From an uncultured Deferribacteres bacterium (GTDB lineage Bacteria > Zhuqueibacterota > Zhuqueibacteria > Zhuqueibacterales > Geothermadaptataceae), in NCBI GenBank assembly GCA_964014485.1, contig CAXHAT010000130.1:1-23344 (forward strand): a stretch of DNA of 23,344 nt, in the 5' to 3' direction. Made by a program: the position numbers and the translations under genes. The notes under the pieces were generated by a model. That model ran no database searches. It was not told where the DNA came from and worked only from the letters and a program-made list of their open reading frames with translations. How positions within the stretch are numbered: position 1 is the first letter of the stretch; every line of letters begins with the position of its first letter. This document shows positions 1 to 9,370 of the stretch, one piece after another.

Positions 1-37
1 AAGGTGCAAGTTATCCACAACCTTTTTATCGCGCGTG

Positions 38-114
38 CGCCTGCGCGGGAATGACGCAAAAGTGACGTTTCTCAGGTGCTATTTGGAAAGATTCCGAAAG
101 TGCGTAACATGAGT
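38..114. repeat. Right-hand part of a REP/MITE-like element; its left arm is not in the window
   Basis: CGCCTGCGCGGGAATGACG (38-56) resembles the right arm of the element at 17504-17523. GCGTAACATGAGT (102-114) is the reverse complement, at 11/13, of ACTGGTGTTACGC (17431-17443) at the left end of that element. Confidence 0.55.
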
Positions 115-275
115 CACTAAGATTTTGCTTCGCCGGCCGTTGGCTTTCCAACGTGACAATTCAGGGCTTCTCGCCAGTTCTAAACGGCAATTTGTAAAAA
201 GCGGCAGGCAGTAAAGCGGACGTCACAAATAAATCCGCCGACTTTGATCTCATCTCAAATCCCGCCCGTCGCCCA

Positions 276-304
276 TTGACTTTTGAACTTAATTTGTGCA
301 TATT
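276..304 (+). promoter_or_regulatory. Putative sigma70-type promoter of the SOD gene
   Basis: TTGACT (276-281), 17-bp spacer, CATATT (299-304). A strong Shine-Dalgarno AGGAGGT lies at 361-367. Confidence 0.45.
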
Positions 305-373
305 CGCCGCTCGGTCTTTTGACCTTGAGAGCTAACCCTATGTTTTATTTTACTCTATAGAGGAGGTTTACTC

Positions 374-1000
374 ATGGCTTATGAATATAAGTTCAACCCG
401 CGTCCTTACAGTGATGAAGAAGCAAAGGAATTGCTGAAGGATGTTGTCAGTCCTGAAACCAGCGATTGGCATTATAACACCCACCATAAAGGTTATGTCA
501 CTTTTTTGAATAAAATTGAAGCGGCTCTCGACAGCGCGGATAAATCCGCTTCCAACGGCAATCACAGCGATTTTGGCGAATTGAAGCGGCGTTATACCTG
601 GAATCATTCCGGCGCTCTGCTGCATGACGTCTACTGGGCCTGCATGGGCGGCGACGGCGATGCGGACAAAGGCCCGGAAATTAAAGCTGCGCTCGCTGAA
701 CAATACGGCTCGTTCGACGCCTGGAAAGAAGATTTCACGGCGACGGCCTTTGCAGCGAAGTTAAGCGGCTGGGGCTTGTTGGTTTGGGATCAACTTTACA
801 GCGGACGCTTGCTGAACGTGTTGGTTGACGAGCATCAGTACGGCGCAATTTGGGGCGGAATTCCGTTGATTTCCTGCGACGTTTTCGAGCACGCTTACTA
901 TCACAAGGACGGTCCCGGACGTAAGCCGTACATTGAGAACTTCCTGAATAATTTACATTGGGAAAGGATCAACGAGCGTTTCAAGCAATTCGTAAAATAA
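374..1000 (+). CDS. sod: Fe/Mn superoxide dismutase
   Basis: 208 aa. Ligand motifs WHYNTHHKGY, LLHDVYW and DVFEHAYY, plus GWG. AGGAGG RBS. Metal specificity cannot be assigned from sequence alone. Confidence 0.96.
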   Translation: MAYEYKFNPRPYSDEEAKELLKDVVSPETSDWHYNTHHKGYVTFLNKIEAALDSADKSASNGNHSDFGELKRRYTWNHSGALLHDVYWACMGGDGDADKGPEIKAALAEQYGSFDAWKEDFTATAFAAKLSGWGLLVWDQLYSGRLLNVLVDEHQYGAIWGGIPLISCDVFEHAYYHKDGPGRKPYIENFLNNLHWERINERFKQFVK

Positions 1001-1028
1001 GCGTACGAATCGCTTAGCTTCAAACTTG

Positions 1029-1062
1029 AAAGCCTCAGTTCTGAAAAGACCTGGGGCTTTTT
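1029..1062 (+). terminator. Rho-independent terminator after the SOD gene
   Basis: Stem AAAGCCTCAG / CTGGGGCTTT with inner TCT-GAAA-AGA, ending in a T-run, 28 nt after the stop codon. Confidence 0.75.
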
Positions 1063-1153
1063 ACGTTTTGCGATGGAGCCGCGTCTGCGTATTTTTGTAC
1101 GACTGATGAGAATCCGCCGCCTTGATGGTCGTTGATAACAAAAGGAAAAAGAA

Positions 1154-2299
1154 ATGCATCGTCAAAAAACGAGAGCCCTAGCCGTTGCTTTGTTATGTTT
1201 ATTTGTCGCTTTGGGCGCTTGTCAGCCTTCAAACGATAACACGCGAAAAATCGAGAATAAGCTGCAAGCGCTTGTCGATTCAGTCGCGTCTAACAAAGCA
1301 ATTCCAGGCATTTTGCTTTCCGTCGATGCGCCGCGTCTCCGCTTGAATTGGCAAGGCGCTTCCGGATATGCCGACATTTCAGACAGCACCCGGCTTTCGT
1401 CAGGTACGCCGGTTCGTATTGCCAGCAATACCAAAACCTATGTTGCAGTTGCGGTGCTGCGATTGTGGGAAGATGGAAAACTGAGCCTGAACGATTCAAT
1501 TGAAGGCTATCTGACGGACGAGCAGGCCGCCCCGCTTGCGGGAGACGGCTATGATTTGCAAACCATCACTTTGCGCCACTTGCTGACGCACACCAGCGGG
1601 ATGATCGATCACGCCATGACCCAAGATTATTTTAATGAAATTCTCGCTAATCCAAAAAAACGCTGGACGCGCCAGGCGCAAATTCAAGGCGCAGCAGATT
1701 GGGGCGATCCGCTCGGGCCGCCCGGAGAAGCTTTTTCTTATTCAGACACCGGATACATTTTGCTCGGGCAGGTGATCGAAAAAGTGACTCAAAAACCGCT
1801 TGGAAAAGCTGTGCGAGATTTGGTCGGCTTCGGGGGGCTTGGGTTAAACGCGACTTGGTGGGAGATTGAAGAATCCAGGCCCGACAAGGCAGGCGAACGC
1901 GCCCGTCAATATATTGGAACGAATGATACTTATGACTGGGACGCTTCGCTGGATTTGTACGGCGGCGGCGGCTTGCTTGCGTCTGTGGGCGATATGTCCA
2001 AATTCATGCGGGCGCTCTTTACAAATCAGGTTTTTGCCAAAGAATCGACGCTTGACACAATGCTGACAACAACCATTGATACGGAAAAAACCGCTTACCG
2101 AATGGGCGTTGCCGTTAGAGATTACGACGGAGTAAAAACATATCAACACAGCGGATTTTGGGGGACGATTGCGCTTTACGCGCCGGAGCTCGACCTTACA
2201 GTAGCGGCGGCGGTGACGCAACAGGAGCAAGGGCGAGCGGCTTTTAAGTTGGCGAAAGAAGTTGTCGGAATCTTCAAAGACGTATCGAGAGAGCGTTGA
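1154..2299 (+). CDS. Serine hydrolase, beta-lactamase/D-alanyl-D-alanine carboxypeptidase family; predicted lipoprotein
   Basis: SxxK (SNTK), LLTHTSG, YSD in place of YxN, and HSG. Signal peptide ends in lipobox LGAC. Confidence 0.9.
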   Translation: MHRQKTRALAVALLCLFVALGACQPSNDNTRKIENKLQALVDSVASNKAIPGILLSVDAPRLRLNWQGASGYADISDSTRLSSGTPVRIASNTKTYVAVAVLRLWEDGKLSLNDSIEGYLTDEQAAPLAGDGYDLQTITLRHLLTHTSGMIDHAMTQDYFNEILANPKKRWTRQAQIQGAADWGDPLGPPGEAFSYSDTGYILLGQVIEKVTQKPLGKAVRDLVGFGGLGLNATWWEIEESRPDKAGERARQYIGTNDTYDWDASLDLYGGGGLLASVGDMSKFMRALFTNQVFAKESTLDTMLTTTIDTEKTAYRMGVAVRDYDGVKTYQHSGFWGTIALYAPELDLTVAAAVTQQEQGRAAFKLAKEVVGIFKDVSRER

Positions 2300-2312
2300 T
2301 TTAGGCGGCGCT

Positions 2313-3356
2313 TCATTGCAGGTAATGGGCGGCGATTCGATCCGCTAAAGGGAGCAGCGCTCCGCTGTTTCTGTTAGTGAGGATGATGACGGTGAGTTTT
2401 TCATCAGGAAAACGCTGAATCACTGTGCGAAAGCCGCGAGTGCTGCCCGTGTGCCAGGTTCGCAATTGGTCATGGAATTCGTCAATGCCCCAGCCAAAGC
2501 CATAATCTCCAACGCCGCCTTCGAAAGCCGTCTGCATCGTTTTTTTTGAAACGAGTTTTTCCGTGTAAAGCGCTTGATCCCACTTAAATAAATCATCGAG
2601 TGACGAATAGACGCCGCCGTCTCCCAGAACCGCGCTCGTCCGACTTTGGTCTGAAAAAGAAACCGAATCTTCTCTAATCGTGTAACCAAAAGCTCGATTG
2701 GCAACGGTTGAAACGCCTTCCTGAAATGCCACGGAATTCTTCATTCCAAGCGGCTTGAAAATGTTTTCCCCAAGAAAGTCCGCGAAACTCTGCCCGGAAA
2801 TTTTTTCGACGATCATCGCTAAAATCGCATATCCGGAATTGTTGTAGCGATATTCCGAACCGGGCTGAAAATACAGGCTGTCGGCGGAAGCGATCAATGC
2901 CAGAACGTCGGCGTCCGAGACCTGTCGCGTTAGAGTGTCGGGCAGCAGTGATTCGTAGGCAGCGAGTCCGGAAGTATGCTGTAAAAGCTGGCGGATTGTA
3001 ACTTTGTCGGCGTATTCTGGAAATTGAGGGAAGATTTCGCGCAGTCGTGTTTCATAGCTCAGTTTGCCGCGTTCTTCAAGGATCATGATGCACATCGCGG
3101 TAAATTGTTTGCTCACCGAGGCGAGACGAAAATTTGTGCTGGGTTTGACGGGAATTCCACGTTCAAGATCGGCCATGCCATACGTTTCCGTGACGACGGT
3201 CTTGCCGTCACGAATGACCATAACGGCAGCCCCGGGGGCGCTTTGCCCTTGATAATCCGAGAAGAGTTCTTGCAGATTGAATTCGTTTGCGCTGCTGCAG
3301 CCACTCAACAAAATGATCCACAAAAGATTCGATTTCAAGAATAAGTGCGTTTTCAA
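2313..3356 (-). CDS. Serine hydrolase, beta-lactamase class C-like family; predicted lipoprotein
   Basis: FRLASVSK (SxxK), LLQHTSG, YNN (YxN), HTG. Lipobox LSGC. TTG start. Confidence 0.9.
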   Translation of the reverse strand: MKTHLFLKSNLLWIILLSGCSSANEFNLQELFSDYQGQSAPGAAVMVIRDGKTVVTETYGMADLERGIPVKPSTNFRLASVSKQFTAMCIMILEERGKLSYETRLREIFPQFPEYADKVTIRQLLQHTSGLAAYESLLPDTLTRQVSDADVLALIASADSLYFQPGSEYRYNNSGYAILAMIVEKISGQSFADFLGENIFKPLGMKNSVAFQEGVSTVANRAFGYTIREDSVSFSDQSRTSAVLGDGGVYSSLDDLFKWDQALYTEKLVSKKTMQTAFEGGVGDYGFGWGIDEFHDQLRTWHTGSTRGFRTVIQRFPDEKLTVIILTNRNSGALLPLADRIAAHYLQ

Positions 3357-3407
3357 AATGCTCTTGCCGTCCAGTTGATTTTTTTTGAAAATAGTCCGCG
3401 CCGTCTT

Positions 3408-5780
3408 TTACGGCGTCATCCCCATTTTCTGGAGAATTTCCGCCGTTCCCGGGTTAGCTCGGAGCTTATCGTAAAGCGGAAATGTTTTGAGATATATGAT
3501 GCCGGTCTCGCGCGCTTCATAGGCGTTTTTCAAGAGCGCGGCAGCTCGATCGGCATTGCCAAGAATTGCATGAATGGAAGCGAGCGCCATCGGCGAAACG
3601 TGACGATTCTGCGCCTGCTGTTGCAATTCTGCGAGGTAGGACAATGCCTGGTCGCGCTTGCCCGCTCTGGCGTAATTTGTACCGGGATTTGCCGACCATG
3701 AGCCGGCTTCTCCAGTTGTCTTCAACACAGTCGCGTAGGATTGCTCCGCTTTTTCAAAGTCGCCTTGTTTTTCCGCGATCCAGGCGAGATAAAGGTGTGC
3801 TTGATAAAAGTCAGGATCGATTTCCAGCGTTTTGAGACTCTGCTCAACCGCCAAGTCGTAGGATTCTGAATAAAACAAAATGATCGCACGCACTGCGTTG
3901 ATAATTCGCGACAGCGGATCCAACTCAAGCGCGCGGTTTATCTCCGCCAGCGCTTCGTCGTACCTGCCCATGGCTGTCAGGTATTCGGCATACCACTGAT
4001 GCGCGGTGGCATAGCCGTCGTTCAAGCGAATGGCGCGTTTGAATGACATTTCGGCCTCGCTCCAATTCCAGTGATACATGAATTGAATAAACGCCAAAGA
4101 ATTATGGGCGGAGGCTAAATCCGGATCGATTTCCAACGCTTTTTTCGCCGCTTGCCGCGCTTTTGTGAAGGCTTCGTCCGGCGGTAAAACCAGCCAATCG
4201 GCCAGGGTGCTGTTGGCGTCCGCAAGTCCCGCGTAGGCGGGCGCGTAGGTTGAGTCCGCCGCAATCGCCCGTTCAAAATACTTGATCGATTCGAGCATGG
4301 CGGCTTCAGTCCGCTTGTTCCAATGGTAGCGCCCTTTGAGATAGTCTTCATAGGCGCGCGCATTCACGACGGGCGCGCTGCTTAGACGCGCTTCGGTTTG
4401 GGGAGAAAGCTGCAACTCAATCTCTTGCACAATCGCCTTGGTGATCTCGCCCTGCAAGCCCAAAACGTCGCGCTTGCGTCCTTGATAACTTTCAACCCAA
4501 AGCGGATGCTCCGTCACGCCGTCAATGAGTTTAACTGAAATTCTGACGCTTTCGCCGGACTGGAAAACAGACCCTTCAATAATGGCGTCAACATCCAAAG
4601 CGGAAGCAATCTTGGTCAGCGGCTGCTTTGTTTTTTTGTACTGTCTGACCGAAGTGAACGAGATGATTTTCTTGAATCGTTCGGTTCGCGCCAGTTCGGT
4701 GATGAGATGCTCTGTCATGCCGTCGCTGAAATATTCTTGCGTAGAGTCGCTCGAAAGGTTGGCGAGCGGCAAAACAGCGATTGAACTAATATTCTTCCGG
4801 CGCTCTTCCTGGAAAAACCAGATGCCGCTAAAAATCAAAATGAGAATCGCAAAAAGACCGCCATAGAAAAGCGCAGGCTTGGTTGGTTTTGATTTAAATG
4901 AGCCTAAACGAGAATGCTTACTCCCCGAAGATAACGGCCCGACAATAGCGCCCAAAGCATCGAGGATTTCCTGCATCGAACCATGGCGATTTTCACGTGA
5001 TTTTTGCAGCGCTTTTTGGACGATTTTGGCCAGGGCTGAAAAAACATTGCCGTCATCCTGAGGTTGCGGCGAAAGTTTCTTCGGTGATCTGTTTAAGATG
5101 GAGTACATCAACGCTTGATCGATGTCTCCTTGAAAAGGCAAAAATCCCGCAAGCATTTGAAAAAGCAAAACGCCGAACGACCATATGTCAGCACGATGAT
5201 CTACGCCGATCGGATCGGAAAATTGCTCCGGCGACATGAACGCGAGCGTGCCCAGCGTTGAATGCTGTTTGGTCACGTCCGAACCGGAGCCGATTCGCGC
5301 CAAGCCGAAATCCATGATTTTCACTTGCCCGGCGGTCGTGATCATGATATTGGACGACTTGACGTCGCGATGAATGACGCCGCGATCATGCGCCGCTTTC
5401 AAACCTTCGGCGATCTGCGTCGCGTAGTCGAGCACAGTTTGCAGAGAACGATTCTGATCCTTTTTGACAATGTTTTGCAATTCCTGACCGTCCACATATT
5501 CCATCACGATGAACATTTCTTTTTGCGTTTGATCTGTCTCTGTCGAGACTTCTTCGATGGAATGTATGGTGGTGATGTTGGGGTGATTTAACGCGGCGGC
5601 GGCAATAGCTTCATTTCTAAATCTCGTACGAACTTCTTCGTCGGCCACAATGTGCGGGGGCAGGAATTTGAGCGCAACTTCACGATGCAGCTTAAGATCG
5701 TTGGCTTTGTAAACCACGCCCATGCCGCCGCGTCCGATTTCTTCGGTCAATTTATAATGAAGGAATGTCTTGCCGATCAT
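3408..5780 (-). CDS. Hanks-type Ser/Thr protein kinase with TM helix, TolB-N-like domain and TPR repeats
   Basis: GRGGMG, VALK, HRDVKSSN, DFG, SPE, DIWSFG. Hydrophobic helix LFYGGLFAILILIFSGIWFF. SIAVLPLANLS...EYFSDGMTE domain, then repeated TPR motifs (ALEIDP, ALELDP). AGGAG RBS. Confidence 0.95.
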   Translation of the reverse strand: MIGKTFLHYKLTEEIGRGGMGVVYKANDLKLHREVALKFLPPHIVADEEVRTRFRNEAIAAAALNHPNITTIHSIEEVSTETDQTQKEMFIVMEYVDGQELQNIVKKDQNRSLQTVLDYATQIAEGLKAAHDRGVIHRDVKSSNIMITTAGQVKIMDFGLARIGSGSDVTKQHSTLGTLAFMSPEQFSDPIGVDHRADIWSFGVLLFQMLAGFLPFQGDIDQALMYSILNRSPKKLSPQPQDDGNVFSALAKIVQKALQKSRENRHGSMQEILDALGAIVGPLSSGSKHSRLGSFKSKPTKPALFYGGLFAILILIFSGIWFFQEERRKNISSIAVLPLANLSSDSTQEYFSDGMTEHLITELARTERFKKIISFTSVRQYKKTKQPLTKIASALDVDAIIEGSVFQSGESVRISVKLIDGVTEHPLWVESYQGRKRDVLGLQGEITKAIVQEIELQLSPQTEARLSSAPVVNARAYEDYLKGRYHWNKRTEAAMLESIKYFERAIAADSTYAPAYAGLADANSTLADWLVLPPDEAFTKARQAAKKALEIDPDLASAHNSLAFIQFMYHWNWSEAEMSFKRAIRLNDGYATAHQWYAEYLTAMGRYDEALAEINRALELDPLSRIINAVRAIILFYSESYDLAVEQSLKTLEIDPDFYQAHLYLAWIAEKQGDFEKAEQSYATVLKTTGEAGSWSANPGTNYARAGKRDQALSYLAELQQQAQNRHVSPMALASIHAILGNADRAAALLKNAYEARETGIIYLKTFPLYDKLRANPGTAEILQKMGMTP

Positions 5781-5987
5781 AATCTCCTGTTCCGGGCAGG
5801 CGGTGATATACGATTAAATGCTCGCTAAACCTGAGGTAAATTACTTTTAAAAGCAAGGATGATAAAACGTTTAAGCACATGGGCGAACTAAAGACGCAGT
5901 CCGTCATTTTTAATATCCTCGCGTGGCTGGATTAACTTATATTTTGGTTTGGAGAAACGAGAGCGATAATCAAGGAGGAAGAGAATC

Positions 5988-7322
5988 GTGAAACACGAAT
6001 TTCAAGCGGCAAAAACGCTTGGCGGAATTATGCTCGCAGCCGGTTTGTTGGCCGCCGGAGCATTGCATGCTCAGGATGCGCCCCAAGCGTTTGTCGGCGC
6101 ACAAATCATCACAATTAGCGGCGACGAGATTGCCAACGGCGTTTTGATTGTTCATCAGGGAAAAATTACCGCCGTCGGAGAGGCCGGCGCCGTTTCAATT
6201 CCCGGCAATGCAGAACAGCATGACGTTTCCGGGAAAGTCATCATGCCGGGATTGGTCGATACGCACAGCCACATTGCCGGCGTGGAAGGCGGTGATCGCA
6301 GTGCGCCGATTCAGGCTGATGTGCGCGTTTTTGATTCGATTAACGTTCGAGACGCGCGCGTGCAAAAGGCGCAAGCCGGGGGGCTGACCACGGCAAATAT
6401 CATGTCCGGCTCAGGGCATCTTCTCAGCGGACAAACGGTTTATTTGAAACTGCGCGACGGCAGAATACTCGACGATTTACTCATCCGCGACGCTGACGGT
6501 GCGATCATGGGCGGAATCAAAATGGCCAACGGCACGAACTCGCGCCGCAATCCGCCATTTCCGGGGACGCGCGCAAAATCAGCAGCGCTCGTGCGGACGC
6601 AATACATCAAAGCGCAAGAGTACCGCGATAAAATTCAGCGCGCCGGAGACGATCCGGAAAAAATGCCGGAACGCAACTTGACGATGGAAGCGCTGATTGA
6701 GGTGATGGAAGGCAAGCGCATTGTCCATCATCATACGCACCGGCACGATGACATTCTTTCCGTTCTGAGGCTTTCGAAGGAATTCGGTTTTCGCGTCGTC
6801 CTGCACCATCTCAGCGAAGGCTGGCGCGTGGCGGATGAAATCGCCGCTTCAAATGCGATGTCCTCCATTTTGCTGGTCGACAGCCCCGGCGGCAAGCTGG
6901 AAGCGATGAACGCTCATTTTCGCACAGGCGCGGCATTGGAAAAAGCTGGCGCGGTTATCGGTTTTCACACGGATGACGGAATTTCTGATTCACGCCTTTT
7001 TCTAAGGCAAGGCGGGCTCGCAGTACGCGCAGGAATGACGCGAAAGGGCGCGCTTTACGGCCTAACCATGGCGGGCGCGCGAATGATGGATTTGCAGGAT
7101 CGCGTCGGTACGTTGGAAAAAGGCAAGGACGCGGATTTTATCGTCTTGTCCGGCGATCCGCTGAGCGTCTACACCAAGATTTTACAGACCTGGGTAGAAG
7201 GCGCCAAGGTTTTTGATCGCAGCGATCCGCAAGATCGACTCTACGCCGTCGGGGGGTACGGGGCAAGTCATGACCAAGCTTCGATGATTCACTTTTTGCG
7301 CAGCGAGGGGGACTACGAATGA
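5988..7322 (+). CDS. Exported metal-dependent amidohydrolase (imidazolonepropionase-like family)
   Basis: Signal peptide ending ALHA-Q. PGLVDTHSH (HxH), IKMA Lys, HHHTH, LHH, HTDD and GTLEKGKDADFIV. AAGGAGG RBS with GTG start. Confidence 0.92.
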   Translation: MKHEFQAAKTLGGIMLAAGLLAAGALHAQDAPQAFVGAQIITISGDEIANGVLIVHQGKITAVGEAGAVSIPGNAEQHDVSGKVIMPGLVDTHSHIAGVEGGDRSAPIQADVRVFDSINVRDARVQKAQAGGLTTANIMSGSGHLLSGQTVYLKLRDGRILDDLLIRDADGAIMGGIKMANGTNSRRNPPFPGTRAKSAALVRTQYIKAQEYRDKIQRAGDDPEKMPERNLTMEALIEVMEGKRIVHHHTHRHDDILSVLRLSKEFGFRVVLHHLSEGWRVADEIAASNAMSSILLVDSPGGKLEAMNAHFRTGAALEKAGAVIGFHTDDGISDSRLFLRQGGLAVRAGMTRKGALYGLTMAGARMMDLQDRVGTLEKGKDADFIVLSGDPLSVYTKILQTWVEGAKVFDRSDPQDRLYAVGGYGASHDQASMIHFLRSEGDYE

Positions 7323-8560
7323 AAAAGCGACTTAAAATATCTAAACTTGTTGCCCCTCTTGCTGTTGCGTTGTTCGCCAATTTCAATACAGCCACGAATT
7401 TGCAGGCTCAGTTGGCCGTTCGCGGCGAAACGGTTTATACGATGGCGGGCGCGCCGATTCAAGACGGCGTTGTCCTGGTGAGAAATGGCAAAATCGACCG
7501 CGTCGGCAAGGCGTCAAATGTCCGCATTCCGAATGGCTGGCGAACTTTGACCGCGAAAGTCGTCACGCCAGGTCTGGTTGATGCGCACACCGTCGTCGGG
7601 CTTTCCGGCTATCTCGGCCAATCGCACGATCAGGATCAAATCGAACGCTCAAATCCAATTCAACCGGAATTGCGTGCTATCGACGCTTACAATCCTCGCG
7701 AAAAATTGGTGGAATGGGCGCGAAATTTTGGCGTGACCACCATTCACACCGGCCACGGTCCCGGTGCGTTGATAACCGGGCAAACGATGATTGCAAAAAC
7801 TGCCGGAGAGACTGTGGACGAAGCCGTCATCAAGCCTGCCGCCATGGTTGCGGTCACTTTGGGAAACGGTGCAAGAGCGGCCAGCGGAAAATCCCCCGGC
7901 ACGCGCTCAAAAATGATCGCCATGCTGCGCGGGGAATTTTTGAAGGCGCAAAATTATGCGAAAAAGCAGGAAAACGCTGAAGAAGGTAAAGCGCCGGGAC
8001 GCAATCTGAAGCTCGAAACGCTGGCGCGCGTGCTCAAGGGCGAGTTAAAGCTGCTCGTAACGGTAGAACGCGCGAATGACATACTCACGGCGATCCGCCT
8101 GGCAAATGAATTCGAACTCCCGCTGGTTTTAGACAGCGTTTCAGAAGCGCATCTTGTGCTCGATGAAATCAAAGCCGCGAATGTACCGGTTTTTCTGCAC
8201 CCGACCATGTCCAGGGCGGGAGGTGAGCGAGAGAATCTTAGCCTGGAGACCGCAATGAAACTGAAACAAGCCGGGATTCCTTTTGCGCTGCAAAGCGGGT
8301 TTGAAGGCTACGTGCCCAAAACGCGTGTGTTGGTTTTCGAAGCGGCGATTGCGGCGGCCAACGGTCTTTCTTTCGAAGAAGCGCTTGCTTCAATCACCAT
8401 TGATGCAGCGAAACTGCTCGGCGTTGACGACCGTGTTGGTTCGCTGGAAAAAGGCAAGGACGCCGACATCGCGCTTTACGACGGCGACCCTTTTGAATAC
8501 GTCAGCCATTGCGTCGGCGTAATCATTAACGGCGAGGTTGTCAGCAAGGAAGCGCATTAA
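7319..8560 (+). CDS. Exported amidohydrolase-family protein with degenerate metal site
   Basis: PGLVDAH, GVTT, GSLEKGKDADIAL. Signal-peptide-like N-terminus. ATGA overlap with the upstream paralog. Confidence 0.9.
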   Translation: MKKRLKISKLVAPLAVALFANFNTATNLQAQLAVRGETVYTMAGAPIQDGVVLVRNGKIDRVGKASNVRIPNGWRTLTAKVVTPGLVDAHTVVGLSGYLGQSHDQDQIERSNPIQPELRAIDAYNPREKLVEWARNFGVTTIHTGHGPGALITGQTMIAKTAGETVDEAVIKPAAMVAVTLGNGARAASGKSPGTRSKMIAMLRGEFLKAQNYAKKQENAEEGKAPGRNLKLETLARVLKGELKLLVTVERANDILTAIRLANEFELPLVLDSVSEAHLVLDEIKAANVPVFLHPTMSRAGGERENLSLETAMKLKQAGIPFALQSGFEGYVPKTRVLVFEAAIAAANGLSFEEALASITIDAAKLLGVDDRVGSLEKGKDADIALYDGDPFEYVSHCVGVIINGEVVSKEAH

Positions 8561-8641
8561 AGCATCAAGAATATAAGGCTCAGTTTGTTTTTGTGGAACT
8601 GATAGCTCACCTCCGAACTCATTTTTTTACGACGAAATTGC

Positions 8642-8664
8642 AAGTTAAGTTTTGAGCTTAACTT
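8642..8664. promoter_or_regulatory. Inverted repeat upstream of the low-GC ORF (possible operator or hairpin)
   Basis: AAGTTAAG-N7-CTTAACTT with perfect 8-bp arms, 39 bp upstream of the ATG at 8704. Confidence 0.3.
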
Positions 8665-8703
8665 CCGTTTGAAGTATTAACGGTCAGCGCATTAGAGGAT
8701 TAT

Positions 8704-9252
8704 ATGAGGCAAGATACCAAACCAAATGATACTATTGACTCACTAACGAGCATAGAATTTGAAAGAGCCCGGTTTGAAGCCTTGATAAGTTCTTTTCTAT
8801 CGATGTTGAAAATGGCGGTTCAAGGAATAACTGTAGTTTCTTTAGCCAATATTTCGCTGATAGGATTTGCAATCAATAATGAGCTGGCTGGTTTATTGTT
8901 TCTCGGTGGTTTCGTTCCAATAATAGCTACCTTCCTTTTGTATCTCGGCGATTTGCATATGCTCCCAATAATCTTCACAGCGATGAATATTGAAGCAAAA
9001 CATTCTGAAGATCGAAGTTATGGTGTCTCAGCAGCACTTATTTCAGCAGTTATTCCTGTAAGTTTTACTAAACTTAAATCTGTCGCCACTATAACAGGCG
9101 TTGACGAGCAAATGTCCGAACTAAAGAAAATAGCAAATCCATTTAAGAATAAGGCAAAATACAGAATTATTATTGCTCTAATCTTTTTGTCTCTTTCTCA
9201 ATGTATTGTAGCAGCCCTGCTGAATCAATTTTATGAATGGAAGTTATTTTGA
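8704..9252 (+). CDS. Hypothetical integral membrane protein (about 3 TM helices), low GC
   Basis: 182-aa ORF with AGAGGA RBS and three hydrophobic segments. Sampled 60-nt lines are 25-43% GC. Confidence 0.75.
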   Translation: MRQDTKPNDTIDSLTSIEFERARFEALISSFLSMLKMAVQGITVVSLANISLIGFAINNELAGLLFLGGFVPIIATFLLYLGDLHMLPIIFTAMNIEAKHSEDRSYGVSAALISAVIPVSFTKLKSVATITGVDEQMSELKKIANPFKNKAKYRIIIALIFLSLSQCIVAALLNQFYEWKLF

Positions 9253-9370
9253 AGAGTGTTCTTTGGGGCTGAATGTAACGTTAAGAGAGGTAGTCTGGTT
9301 TTGTTGGCGGCAAATTTCTGCTACTCCAAAACTTTCTGTAGCGTGGTACTAAGCGATCCCAATTTTTGAA

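Noticed and set aside
11..19. Perfect DnaA box TTATCCACA
   Set aside because: I saw only one box, with no cluster, AT-rich unwinding element or dnaA/dnaN context. It lies at the window edge within a probable repeat, so it is insufficient to call oriC.
243..259. TTTGA-N7-TCAAA inverted repeat upstream of the sod promoter
   Set aside because: The arms are only 5 bp and the spacing does not fit CRP/FNR (N6 between these half-sites) or a clean Fur/PerR box. It could be chance.
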